The notes under the pieces: generated by a model
Seen by the model: only the letters and a program-made list of their open reading frames with translations
Database searches by the model: none
Told to the model about the DNA's origin: nothing
Part shown: one piece after another, positions 39,742 through 48,759 of the stretch
Position numbering within the stretch: position 1 is the first letter of the stretch
Layout of the letters: the number at the start of each line of letters is the position of its first letter
Translations under genes and position numbers: made by a program
Origin: an uncultured Alphaproteobacteria bacterium
GTDB lineage: Bacteria > Pseudomonadota > Alphaproteobacteria > Rhizobiales > Beijerinckiaceae
Reading direction: 5' to 3'
NCBI GenBank assembly: GCA_963709185.1
Contig: CAVPVQ010000029.1
Span: 1,122-65,121, forward strand
Length of the DNA stretch: 64,000 nt

Positions 39742-39920
39742 GCTCGCTCCAGGGTCATCGCCTAACATGCGGGGATTGCCAAGTGTTTAGCGGCGCGCTG
39801 GGTCGGCGGAGGCCGGCTCCCCCCGCCCCGCGATCGGGATTCGGCGACCGCCTCTGCGTCAACGTTGCGTTGACGGTTTTCCGGCATGATCCGGCCCCGC
39901 GCCGAAAAAGGGATAGGTCT

Positions 39921-41171
39921 TTGAGCAACGCGCCTGGCCTCGCGACAATTCCGAGGGGGCCCGCCGCGGCGCGCGACGACTCCGGCGCGATCCGGCAGCG
40001 CCCCTTTGCGCATTGCGAGGTGTTCAGCGATCTCGCGCAGGCGCGGCCGGCCTGGGTCGAAATCGAGAAGCTGGGGCTCGCATCGCCCTATCAGGGCTAT
40101 GCCCTCCTCGACGCCTGGCTGCGCACGAAGGGGCGGGCGCGGGCCGTCGAACCGATGATCGTGGTGGCGCGCGACGAGGCCGGGCGCGCCAACGCCGTGC
40201 TGCCGCTCGGGCGGCTGCGGCGCGGTCCGGTCTGCGCGGCCGAATTTCTCGGCGGCGGCGACGCCAACTTCAAGATGGGTCTGTTTCGCCCCGGACTCGA
40301 GGCAGGCAGCCAGACGATCGTCGACCTGCTGCGGCAGGCGGCGTGCATGACGACGCCGGCGGTCGACGTCTTCTGGCTGGCCGACCAGCCCCATTCCTGG
40401 CGCGGCGCCGTCAATCCGATGGCTGCGCTGCCGCGACAGCCGAGCCCGAGCTTCGGGCACAAATCCGCGCTGGACGAAGACTTCGAGGTCTGGCTCAGGA
40501 ATCACTATTCCGGGGAAGCGCAGCGCAAATGGCGCAAGAAGGCGCGCCGTCTGCACGAAATCGGTCCGATCGTCCATGTCGTGGCCCGCGATGAGGCGAG
40601 CGCCGCCGAAATACTCTCGGCGTTTCTCAGCCAGAAGGCGGCGCGCATGCGGGCGCTCGGGCTGGCCAATGTCTACGGGAGCCCGCATACGGCGAGATTT
40701 TTCGAGGTCGCCGCGATGGCCAATCTGCGGCACGGGACGCCGCCGATCGAATTGCATGCGCTGCGCAGCGGGGAGCGCATCGTCGCGACGTTCGGCGGCC
40801 TGGCGCAGGCCGAACGGTTTTGCGGCATGTTCTTGTCCTATGACGCCGATCCCGAGATCGCCCGCTGCAGCCCCGGCCAGATGATCGTCCTCGAGACGAT
40901 TCGCGACCTGACCGCGCGCGGCTTTTCGACATTCGATCTGGGCGTCGGCGAAGCGCGCTACAAGGATGAAAACTGCGAGACGGACGAACCGTTGTTCGAC
41001 GCGGCGGTCGCCGTCACCGCGATCGGCTCGGCCTTCGCCGCGGCGACGCTGCTGCAACGGCGGATCAAGCGCTGGACCAAGCAGACGCCGTGGGCGCGCA
41101 CGCTCGCCGAAGGCCTGCGCCGGCGCGCCTTTCTCATGCGCGGCGGCAGACGGCGCACGCCGGCGTCTTGA
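39921..41171 (+). CDS. CelD/BcsL-like GNAT acetyltransferase (start uncertain)
   Basis: FLGGGDANFKMG, LHAL..GERIVA, SPGQMIV, FDLGVGEARYK. Confidence 0.8.
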   Translation: MSNAPGLATIPRGPAAARDDSGAIRQRPFAHCEVFSDLAQARPAWVEIEKLGLASPYQGYALLDAWLRTKGRARAVEPMIVVARDEAGRANAVLPLGRLRRGPVCAAEFLGGGDANFKMGLFRPGLEAGSQTIVDLLRQAACMTTPAVDVFWLADQPHSWRGAVNPMAALPRQPSPSFGHKSALDEDFEVWLRNHYSGEAQRKWRKKARRLHEIGPIVHVVARDEASAAEILSAFLSQKAARMRALGLANVYGSPHTARFFEVAAMANLRHGTPPIELHALRSGERIVATFGGLAQAERFCGMFLSYDADPEIARCSPGQMIVLETIRDLTARGFSTFDLGVGEARYKDENCETDEPLFDAAVAVTAIGSAFAAATLLQRRIKRWTKQTPWARTLAEGLRRRAFLMRGGRRRTPAS

Positions 41172-41207
41172 CGCGCCAGTTCCACTCGAGGCGATGCCGC
41201 CTCGGCT

Positions 41208-43340
41208 TCAGGCGGCTCGCTCGACGCGCGAACGAAGGTCGCTGACGACGAAGCCGACGACATCGCCGGCGTCGCCGCCCTTCGCCTCCCGCGCGTGAGC
41301 GAGCGCGCCGGCCAACCGCGACGCCGGCGCGACCAGCACCGCCGTGTCGACGCGGTCGATGGCCGCCAGCGCCGGTTCAGACCGCCAGTCCGAAGCGCGG
41401 ATCACGACGAACGCATAGGCCGCGGCGAGCGCATCGAGTATTTCGTCGAGGCCGTCGCTCGCAACGGCGCCGAGGCCGACGGGGATGAAATCGAGGCTCG
41501 AAGACGGGTCGCGCTGGATGACCTCTTCGAAGGACGCCTCGCCCGCCATCAGTTCGGCGAGGCCCAAAGGCGCGCGATCGCTCTCCTCGTCCCACGCCAG
41601 CGCGTCGGCGAACCCGTCCGGCGTCGCGCCGAGATCGACGAGGATCGTGCGCCCGCGGCTACTCAGCTCCCGCGCGGTCGCCGTCGCGACGGGCAGGCTC
41701 TCGCCCGACGCTTCCGCGGCGATCAGCGCCAGCAGCGCGGCGCCGGGCGCGGCGCGCGACGCCAGATGTTCGGCGAGGACTGACGTCGAGCGAAAATCGC
41801 CTTCCGAAGCGTCGCCGGAAGCGTCGGCCGCGGCCTCGACCGGCGCCGCGCGGTCATCGCCCGGTTCTTCGCGCGGCGCGACTTGCGCATCCTCGCGCCG
41901 CGCCGTGACCGGCTGGGCGACAGCAGGCGTCGCGGCGGAGCCCGCCGCCAGAAGCGCCTGAGAGACGACGATTCCGGTCGACAGCAGCAACCCGGCGAGG
42001 GTGCTGAGCGCCAGGGTCTCGGCCTTCTTGGGAAAGGTCGGGCTGCGCGGCGCGCTGGCCAGCGAAATGACCCGCGCGTCGGCGGGCGACGCATTGTCGG
42101 CGTCGCGCGCGATCGCTTCGCGGTATTTCTGCATGTAGGATTCGAGCTGGTCGCGCGCGGTATGCGCGTCGAGCTCCAGCGCGCGCAACTGCACCCCGTC
42201 GACGTCGCCGGCGGCGACCGTCCTGGACTGGACGGCGAGCGCCTTGTTGAGGCTGTCGACTTGCGCCGCGGCGAGCCGCGCGTCATCCTCCAGCCCGCGC
42301 GCCGCCTTGTCGATGGCGAGGCGTATCTCGCCGTCGAGGCCGGCGAGCTGCGCCGCCAGCTCCTTCATGTGGGGATGGCCGGGCAGCAGCGTGCGCGACT
42401 CCTGCGCGATCTGCGCCTTCAGGGCGACGCGCTGCTCGGCGTAGCGACGCAGCGATTCGTCCTTGGCGAGTTCGGGCACGTCCGACAGCCGGCCGTCGCG
42501 CAGCATCGTACGCAAGAGCTGCGCCTTGGCGAGCGCCGCCGATTGCGTCGAGCGCGCGGTCGCCATCTGCGCGTTGAGGTCCGCCAGTTGCTGGCCTGGC
42601 ACGGTCATGTTGTTGGCGCCGGCGAGCAATCCCGATTGCGCCCGGTAGTTCTCGGCCTTGGCGTCCGCCTCGGCGACCTTGCCGCGCAATTCGTCGATCT
42701 TGCCGGCGAGCCAGGCGCTGGCCGCTTTGGCCTCGTCCTGCTTGGCGGTCTCCTGCGCCTCGAGAAACAACTGCGCGACGACATTGGCGCCGCGCGCCGC
42801 CAGTTCCGGATCCTCGCTGACGAATTCGATCTGCAGGACGCGCGTCTTGGCCACCGGAAAGGCGGTGAGCCGCGACAGGAAAACATCGACGACGCGCGCC
42901 TCGCCCGATCGCGCCGCCGCCGAACCCCCCAGCCCCAGAAGGGACAGGGCGATCGACAACGGATTGGTCGAGGCGGCCTGGTTGAATTCCGGTCGGTTGA
43001 CGAGATCGAGTTTGGCGATCGCCTTGCGCGCCAGATCCGGCGAGGTGATCGTTTCGGCCTCGCTCTGCACCGCTTCCGCGTCGAGCGTCGGGGCCTGCTC
43101 GGCGCCCGCCTTGTCCGGTCTGGTGTAATAGCTTTCCTGGTTTTCCAGCAGAACCTTGGCGACGCCGGTGTAGCGCGGAGGAAGCACGACCACCGCGGCG
43201 AGCGCCAGCGCGAAGGCCGCGCAGGTCGGGACGATGATCCCCCATTTGCGGCGCGCGATCGCGCGAAGGAGCTGCGGCAGGTCGATGGCGCCGTCGCGCG
43301 CCCGGCCCGCGGCGTCCCCTTCCGTCCACTCGCCGTCCAT
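41208..43340 (-). CDS. GumC/Wzc-type polysaccharide co-polymerase with a degenerate kinase-like C-terminal domain
   Basis: TM1 (IIVPTCAAFALA), long coiled coil, ARVIS.A..P..P.FPK, TM2; the C-terminal P-loop-like region lacks a GKS/T. Confidence 0.88.
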   Translation of the reverse strand: MDGEWTEGDAAGRARDGAIDLPQLLRAIARRKWGIIVPTCAAFALALAAVVVLPPRYTGVAKVLLENQESYYTRPDKAGAEQAPTLDAEAVQSEAETITSPDLARKAIAKLDLVNRPEFNQAASTNPLSIALSLLGLGGSAAARSGEARVVDVFLSRLTAFPVAKTRVLQIEFVSEDPELAARGANVVAQLFLEAQETAKQDEAKAASAWLAGKIDELRGKVAEADAKAENYRAQSGLLAGANNMTVPGQQLADLNAQMATARSTQSAALAKAQLLRTMLRDGRLSDVPELAKDESLRRYAEQRVALKAQIAQESRTLLPGHPHMKELAAQLAGLDGEIRLAIDKAARGLEDDARLAAAQVDSLNKALAVQSRTVAAGDVDGVQLRALELDAHTARDQLESYMQKYREAIARDADNASPADARVISLASAPRSPTFPKKAETLALSTLAGLLLSTGIVVSQALLAAGSAATPAVAQPVTARREDAQVAPREEPGDDRAAPVEAAADASGDASEGDFRSTSVLAEHLASRAAPGAALLALIAAEASGESLPVATATARELSSRGRTILVDLGATPDGFADALAWDEESDRAPLGLAELMAGEASFEEVIQRDPSSSLDFIPVGLGAVASDGLDEILDALAAAYAFVVIRASDWRSEPALAAIDRVDTAVLVAPASRLAGALAHAREAKGGDAGDVVGFVVSDLRSRVERAA

Positions 43341-43390
43341 CAATCCGCTCCCGCCGAACGCACGCAACGCCCAAGATAATTTATGCGCGA

Positions 43391-43447
43391 TTAAGGTTGC
43401 TCGCGGGTTAAGAGGCGAGCGCTCCCCGTTCGGCTTTCATTAACCAT
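43391..43447. promoter_or_regulatory. Cluster of CtrA-like half sites (TTAAGGTT, GGTTAA, TTAACCAT) in the divergent wzc/wza promoter
   Basis: Three TTAA-core motifs in 57 bp, including the TTAACCAT 8-mer at 43440-43447. Confidence 0.4.
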
Positions 43448-43497
43448 GGGTCGATAGAACTAGGCGCGAGCTTCGATTTTCTGACGCGGTCCGTCGA

Positions 43498-44060
43498 ATG
43501 CGTATGCGCTCCATCGCCATTGTCCTGCTCGCCGCCGGCCTGGCCGGCGCCTGCGCGAGGACGCAGCATCCCGCCGACCTGGCGATGCGCGCCCAGTTCA
43601 ACGCCCCCTACCTGCTGGCGAGCGGCGACCGCGTGCGCGTCATCGTCTTCGGCCAGGACAATCTGTCGAACTCCTTCTCGGTCGACGGCGCCGGCAATAT
43701 CTCGATGCCGCTGATCGGCCGGGTCGTCGCGCAAGGCCTCACCACCGCCGATCTCGAGCGCGTCGTCGAGCAGCGGCTGCGCAACGGCTTCGTGCGCGAG
43801 CCCAGGGTGTCGATCGAGGTCGAGGCCTACCGGCCGTTCTTCGTGCTCGGCGAAGTGACCACCGCCGGCCAATATCCGTTCATCAACGGCATGACCGTTC
43901 AGGACGCGGTCGCGGTCGCGGGCGGATTCACCCCGCGCGGCGCGCAAGGCGACGTCGACATCACGCGCATGGTCAACGGGCGCCCCAGACATTCGCCGCG
44001 CCGCAGACCTTTCCCGTGCGCCCCGGCGACACGATCGCCGTCCGGGAACGTTTCTTTTAG
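43498..44060 (+). CDS. wza: Polysaccharide export lipoprotein Wza/OPX; 1-C deletion near 43985
   Basis: Lipobox LAGAC; YLLASGDRVRVIVFGQ, DGAGNISMPLIG, RPFFVLGEV. Restoring one C yields ..VRPGDTIAVRERFF* (TAG 44058-44060). Confidence 0.88.
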
Positions 44061-44107
44061 GTTATCCGCCTATTGAGGGACTCTCGCCGTTTTGTGGAGT
44101 CCCCAGG

Positions 44108-45313
44108 ATGAATGCGGAGCGAGGCGCCCCCGCGAGAAAGTGGCGCATTCTGCATGTGTTTCGGGCGCCGCTCGGCGGGTTGTTTCGGCATGTCGTCGAC
44201 CTCGCCAACGAACAGGTCGCGCGCGGCCACGAAGTCGGCCTGTTCTTCGACAGCGCGGCGCGCGGCGAGCACGTCGCTCCCGCCCTCGCGCGGATCGCCG
44301 GGGGCTTGAGTCTCGGCGCCTCCGGCTGCCCGATCCGGCGCAATCCTCATCCCGGCGACGCGGTCGCCATCGCGCGCTTCATGAAAAAGGTCGCCGAGGT
44401 GAGGCCGGACATCGTCCACGGCCACGGCTCGAAGGGCGGCGCCTATGCGCGGCTGCCGGGCCTGCTGCATCCGGCGCACGGCCCGATTCGCGCCTATACG
44501 CCGCACGGCGGCAGCTTCAACTATCAGCCCGACGGCTTGCGGCGCCGCGTCTTCATGGCGGCGGAAAGGCTGCTCACCCGATCGACCGACGTGTTCCTGT
44601 TTGAAAGCGCCTTCATCGCGGGGCTGTTCGACGCGCAGGTCGGCGACCAAAGCCGTCTGCGACGGATTGTCGCCAATGGCCTGAGCCCCGCCGAGTTCGC
44701 TCCTGCCGTCCCCAATCCGGACGCCGCGGAATTTCTCTACGTCGGCGAATTACGCGCCGCCAAGGGCGTCGACACGCTGCTCGAGGCGATCGCCCGCGCC
44801 GGATCGCAACTGGGCGAGATTCCGCGCGCCGTCCTCGTGGGGTCGGGGCCCGACAAGGATGTTTTGATCGCCCTGGCGCACAAGCTCGGCGTCGCCCATC
44901 GCCTGTCCTTCCCCGGCCCGATGCCGGTGCGCGAGGCGTTCAAGCTGGGGCGAAATCTGGTGGTGCCCTCGCGCGCGGAGTCGCTGCCCTATATCGTGCT
45001 CGAGGCGGCGGCGGCGCGCGTGCCGCTGATCGCCTCGAACGTCGGGGGAATCCCGGAAATCTTCGGCCCCTATCGAGACCGCCTCGGCCCCAGCGACGAT
45101 CCCGCCGATCTCTGCGCGCGCATGCTGGCGATGCTGCGCCTTTCGCCGATCGTGCGCGAGCGGCAGGGCGCCGAACTGGCGGTCCATGTCGGCAACCACT
45201 TTTCGATCGAGACGATGGTCGAGTCCGTCCTTGACGGCTATGCCGAGGCGATGGCGCGGCGCGCGTCCCATCGATCCAGGCCGCATTTGTCCAACCTTCC
45301 TTCAAGCGCCTGA
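44108..45313 (+). CDS. GT4-family glycosyltransferase
   Basis: FRAPLGGLFRHV, HGHGSKGG, YVGELRAAKG, PSRAESLPYIVLEA. Confidence 0.9.
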   Translation: MNAERGAPARKWRILHVFRAPLGGLFRHVVDLANEQVARGHEVGLFFDSAARGEHVAPALARIAGGLSLGASGCPIRRNPHPGDAVAIARFMKKVAEVRPDIVHGHGSKGGAYARLPGLLHPAHGPIRAYTPHGGSFNYQPDGLRRRVFMAAERLLTRSTDVFLFESAFIAGLFDAQVGDQSRLRRIVANGLSPAEFAPAVPNPDAAEFLYVGELRAAKGVDTLLEAIARAGSQLGEIPRAVLVGSGPDKDVLIALAHKLGVAHRLSFPGPMPVREAFKLGRNLVVPSRAESLPYIVLEAAAARVPLIASNVGGIPEIFGPYRDRLGPSDDPADLCARMLAMLRLSPIVRERQGAELAVHVGNHFSIETMVESVLDGYAEAMARRASHRSRPHLSNLPSSA

Positions 45314-45320
45314 GGCGACC

Positions 45321-46868
45321 GTGGCGGCAACTTCGGCCCATGACGTCGACTCGCTGAGAGACCTTCAGCGCGATGACGCGTCCGCGCCGGCGAACGACGC
45401 CGACCGCGAACCCGCCAGGAGCGAACTGCTGGAGAGACTGGCGGCCGAGCCGGTCAAGCCGGCGTATTCCCCGGTCGTGCTGGCCGGTCTGGTCAGGGCG
45501 GGCGAACTCCTCCTGCTGGTGCTGATGGCGACGCTGATCCACCGCCTCTACGTCGTCGGCCAGGTCGGTTACGAGCCGGCCTATTTCATCATAACGCCGA
45601 CGATCGCCGCATTGGCCGTCCTCGCCTTCCAATCACTGCATGCCTACAATCTGACCGCCTTCCGGCAGCCCGTCAGCCAGTTGCTGCGCCTGGCGGGCGG
45701 CTGGAGCTTCGCCTTTCTCGTGGTGTTCGCGGCGCTGTTCTTCCTCAAGCTGGAAGGCGTCGTCTCGCGCGTCTGGGTCGCCAGCTGGTTCGTCTTCGGC
45801 TTCGGCGCGCTGGCCATCGAGCGCGCGCTGCTGGCGCGGATGATTTTCCGGATGGCGAGATCCGGCCGGCTGGCGCGGCGCGCGGCGGTGGTGGGCGGGG
45901 GCGAATTCGGCCGCGACCTGCTTCGCCAGTTCGGCGCCGCGCAGGGCTCCGACATCGCCTTGCTCGGCGTCTTCGACGACCGCAGCGACGAGCGCTCGCC
46001 GCAGACCGTCGAGGGCGTCCCCAAGCTGGGCAATGTCGACGATCTCGTCGCGGTCGCCCGCCACACCCGCATCGATCTGGTGATCTTCGCGCTGCCGATC
46101 ACCGCCGAACAGCGCATCCTGCAGATGCTGCGCAAATTGTGGGTGCTGCCGGTCGATATTCGCCTGGCCGCCCACGCCAATCGTTTGCGGTTTCGCCCGC
46201 GCTCCTACTCCTATCTCGGCCGCGTGCCGGTTCTCGATCTCTTCGACAAGCCGATCGCCGACTGGGACGTCGTCATCAAGCTGGCGTTCGACAAGATCGT
46301 CGGCGCCCTCGCGCTCATCGCGCTGTCGCCGGTTCTGCTCGCCACCGCGATCGCGGTGAAGCTTGACTCGCCGGGCCCGGTCCTGTTCCGGCAGCGGCGC
46401 TACGGATTCAACAACGAGCTGATCGAAGTGTTCAAGTTCCGCTCGATGTACGTCGACCAGACCGATGCGACCGCCGCCAGGCTGGTGACGCGCGACGACC
46501 CGCGGGTGACCCGGGTCGGGCGGTTCATCCGCAAGACCTCGATCGACGAACTGCCGCAACTGTTCAACGTCGTGTTCAAGGGCAATCTGTCGCTGGTCGG
46601 GCCGCGCCCGCACGCCGTGCACGCCAAGGCGGCCGATCGGCAGTACGAGGAGGTGGTCGACGGTTATTTCGCGCGCCACCGCGTGCGCCCCGGCATCACC
46701 GGCTGGGCGCAGGTCAACGGCTGGCGCGGCGAAACCGACACGCCGGAGAAAATCCAGCAGCGCGTCGAGCATGATCTCTACTACATCGAGAACTGGTCGA
46801 TCCTGCTCGATCTTTCCATCCTGGCGATCACGCCGTTCGCGCTGTTCAAGACCAAGAACGCCTACTGA
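45321..46868 (+). CDS. wcaJ: Undecaprenyl-phosphate glucose phosphotransferase (priming transferase)
   Basis: 4 TMs, CoA-binding-like domain, KFRSM, DPRVTRVG.FIRKTSIDELPQLFNV, VGPRP, PGITGWAQVNG. Start GTG 45321 is tentative. Confidence 0.9.
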   Translation: MAATSAHDVDSLRDLQRDDASAPANDADREPARSELLERLAAEPVKPAYSPVVLAGLVRAGELLLLVLMATLIHRLYVVGQVGYEPAYFIITPTIAALAVLAFQSLHAYNLTAFRQPVSQLLRLAGGWSFAFLVVFAALFFLKLEGVVSRVWVASWFVFGFGALAIERALLARMIFRMARSGRLARRAAVVGGGEFGRDLLRQFGAAQGSDIALLGVFDDRSDERSPQTVEGVPKLGNVDDLVAVARHTRIDLVIFALPITAEQRILQMLRKLWVLPVDIRLAAHANRLRFRPRSYSYLGRVPVLDLFDKPIADWDVVIKLAFDKIVGALALIALSPVLLATAIAVKLDSPGPVLFRQRRYGFNNELIEVFKFRSMYVDQTDATAARLVTRDDPRVTRVGRFIRKTSIDELPQLFNVVFKGNLSLVGPRPHAVHAKAADRQYEEVVDGYFARHRVRPGITGWAQVNGWRGETDTPEKIQQRVEHDLYYIENWSILLDLSILAITPFALFKTKNAY

Positions 46869-46874
46869 GCCGCC

Positions 46875-48149
46875 ATGACCAACGCCGCCCTCCCCGCGCG
46901 CGCCTCCCCGCCCCGCGCGGCGGCGCTCAGTCTTTCGATCGCCGGCGCGCAGCGCAGCGTGCTGTGGCTGTTCATCGCTTGCGGCGCGTTCGCCAGCATC
47001 GAGCCGTCGCCCTACGAATTGCTGTTCGTCCTCGCGCTTCTGGCGTTCGGCGCGCGCGGCCTGGCGTTCGACCGCGGCATGATCCCGCTGATCCTCGGCC
47101 TCGCATTATTCAACATCGGCGGCCTTCTGGCGCTGCCGCCCTACATCCAGGACCGCGACAGCACGATCTTCGTCGCGATCTCGCTCTACATCTCGGTGAC
47201 CGCGGTGTTCTTCGCCGCGCTGATCGCCGGCAGCCCGCTGGAGCGCATGCGCACGATCCGCTCGGGCTATGTCGCGGCGGGCTGCATCGCCAGCGTCGTT
47301 GCGATCGTCGGCTATTTCGACATCTTCGGATCGAGCGAATATTTCACGCTTTATGGACGCGCGTCCGGCACGTTCAAGGACCCCAATGTGCTCGGCTCGT
47401 TCCTGGTTCCGCCGGTGGTCTGGCTGACCCAGGATATCATGCTGCGGCGCGCCAGGCTGATGCGCAGCGTCCTCGCGTTGCTGGTCATGCTGATGGCGCT
47501 GCTGCTGAGCTTCTCACGCGGCTCGTGGGGGGTATGGGCGGGCTCGACGGCGCTGATGGTCTGGCTGACCTTCGTCACCACCCGGTCGCCGGCGCTGCGC
47601 CAGCGCATCGTCGCGGTGTCGATCGTCGGGCTGATCGGCGTGCTGATCCTGCTGACCATCGCGCTGTCGATTCCGGCGGTTCGCGATGTCTTCGACGTCC
47701 GCGCGTCGCTGAGCCAGGACTACGACCTCGGCCAGACCGGACGCTTCGGCGACCAGTTGCGTTCGCTGCCGATGCTGCTCGACCGGCCCTTCGGCTTCGG
47801 CCCGCTGCAGTTCCGCAATCATTTCCACGGCGAGGATCCGCACAACGTCTATCTCAACGCCTTCGCGTCGTACGGATGGATCGGCGGCCTGTCGTTCGCG
47901 GCCTTCACCGCGGCGATGGTCTATCTCGGCTGGCGCCTGGCGTTTCAGCGCACGCCGTTGCAGACCGAGGCGATCGCGGTGTGGTCGTGCCTGTTCGTCC
48001 AGATCCTGCAGGGCTTCCAGATCGACACCGATCATTGGCGCCATCTGTTCCTGCTGATCGGCGCCCTGTTCGGCCTCGTCGCGGCCTCGCGGCGCTACGC
48101 GACGCCTGTCCCGGCGAGGAACTCGGCGCCCAAGTCCGTGATGGCCTGA
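46875..48149 (+). CDS. O-antigen ligase/Wzy-like polymerase
   Basis: Multiple TMs; RASGTFKDPN, SFSRGSW, PFGFGPLQF, PHNVYLNAF. Confidence 0.85.
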   Translation: MTNAALPARASPPRAAALSLSIAGAQRSVLWLFIACGAFASIEPSPYELLFVLALLAFGARGLAFDRGMIPLILGLALFNIGGLLALPPYIQDRDSTIFVAISLYISVTAVFFAALIAGSPLERMRTIRSGYVAAGCIASVVAIVGYFDIFGSSEYFTLYGRASGTFKDPNVLGSFLVPPVVWLTQDIMLRRARLMRSVLALLVMLMALLLSFSRGSWGVWAGSTALMVWLTFVTTRSPALRQRIVAVSIVGLIGVLILLTIALSIPAVRDVFDVRASLSQDYDLGQTGRFGDQLRSLPMLLDRPFGFGPLQFRNHFHGEDPHNVYLNAFASYGWIGGLSFAAFTAAMVYLGWRLAFQRTPLQTEAIAVWSCLFVQILQGFQIDTDHWRHLFLLIGALFGLVAASRRYATPVPARNSAPKSVMA

Positions 48150-48199
48150 ACGTTCGCGCCTTTTGGCGACCGCGTCCGTCCCGGTCGCCGTTCGCTGAG

Positions 48200-48488
48200 A
48201 TCTCCTCGCCTCGCCGAATGGTTGCTGAAGGCGGGCCGGACGCCGCCGCGCCGACAGAGCCGGTTAGGAGGCGCTGTCGCCGCAACGTCGTCCAACGGAA
48301 CAAGGACGCCGTCGTCGACCGATCTTCCGTCGTCGTTCGCTGCCGCTCTTCAAGGAAATCGGAGCTCGGCAGATCGCCTTCGTCGTCCTCGCTAGCCGCA
48401 GCGACCGAAGAAGGTCGACTCCTCCTCGGGCAGCACCGCGAGCCGCTCGCCCGAGGGCGTCACAATAATCCGAGCGGCTCTTGTTCAT
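48200..48488 (-). pseudogene. Disrupted antitoxin-like gene downstream of relE
   Basis: ATG one base after the relE stop. Removing one base gives MNKAARIIVTPSGERLAVLPEE, a typical N-terminus of rhizobial HigA-like HTH antitoxins; further shifts and a TAG follow. The 3' end is approximate. Confidence 0.55.
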
Positions 48489-48489
48489 T

Positions 48490-48759
48490 TCACGTCTCCG
48501 ACCGATAAATTTCCCTGCGATGGGCAATCGCCAAGACGATGATCTCCGCGGCACGCACGTCAAATATGATGCGCCAGTCCCCGACACGCAAGCGCATCGC
48601 CGAGTCGCCCTTCAGGCGCTTGATTTGATTTCTGAGAGCAACCGGATCGAGCGCAAGTTGATCGAGCGCCTTCTCGACCCTCTGCCGCACCGTCGAATCA
48701 AGGGCGTCGAAATCCCTCGCCGCGTCCGGCGTGAAGACGATGGTGCTGCCCGCGCTCAC
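48490..48759 (-). CDS. RelE/ParE-family toxin
   Basis: IVFTPDAARDF..IKRLKG..RLRVGDWRIIF..IAHRREIY; GTGA overlap with the aminotransferase stop. Confidence 0.88.
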   Translation of the reverse strand: MSAGSTIVFTPDAARDFDALDSTVRQRVEKALDQLALDPVALRNQIKRLKGDSAMRLRVGDWRIIFDVRAAEIIVLAIAHRREIYRSET

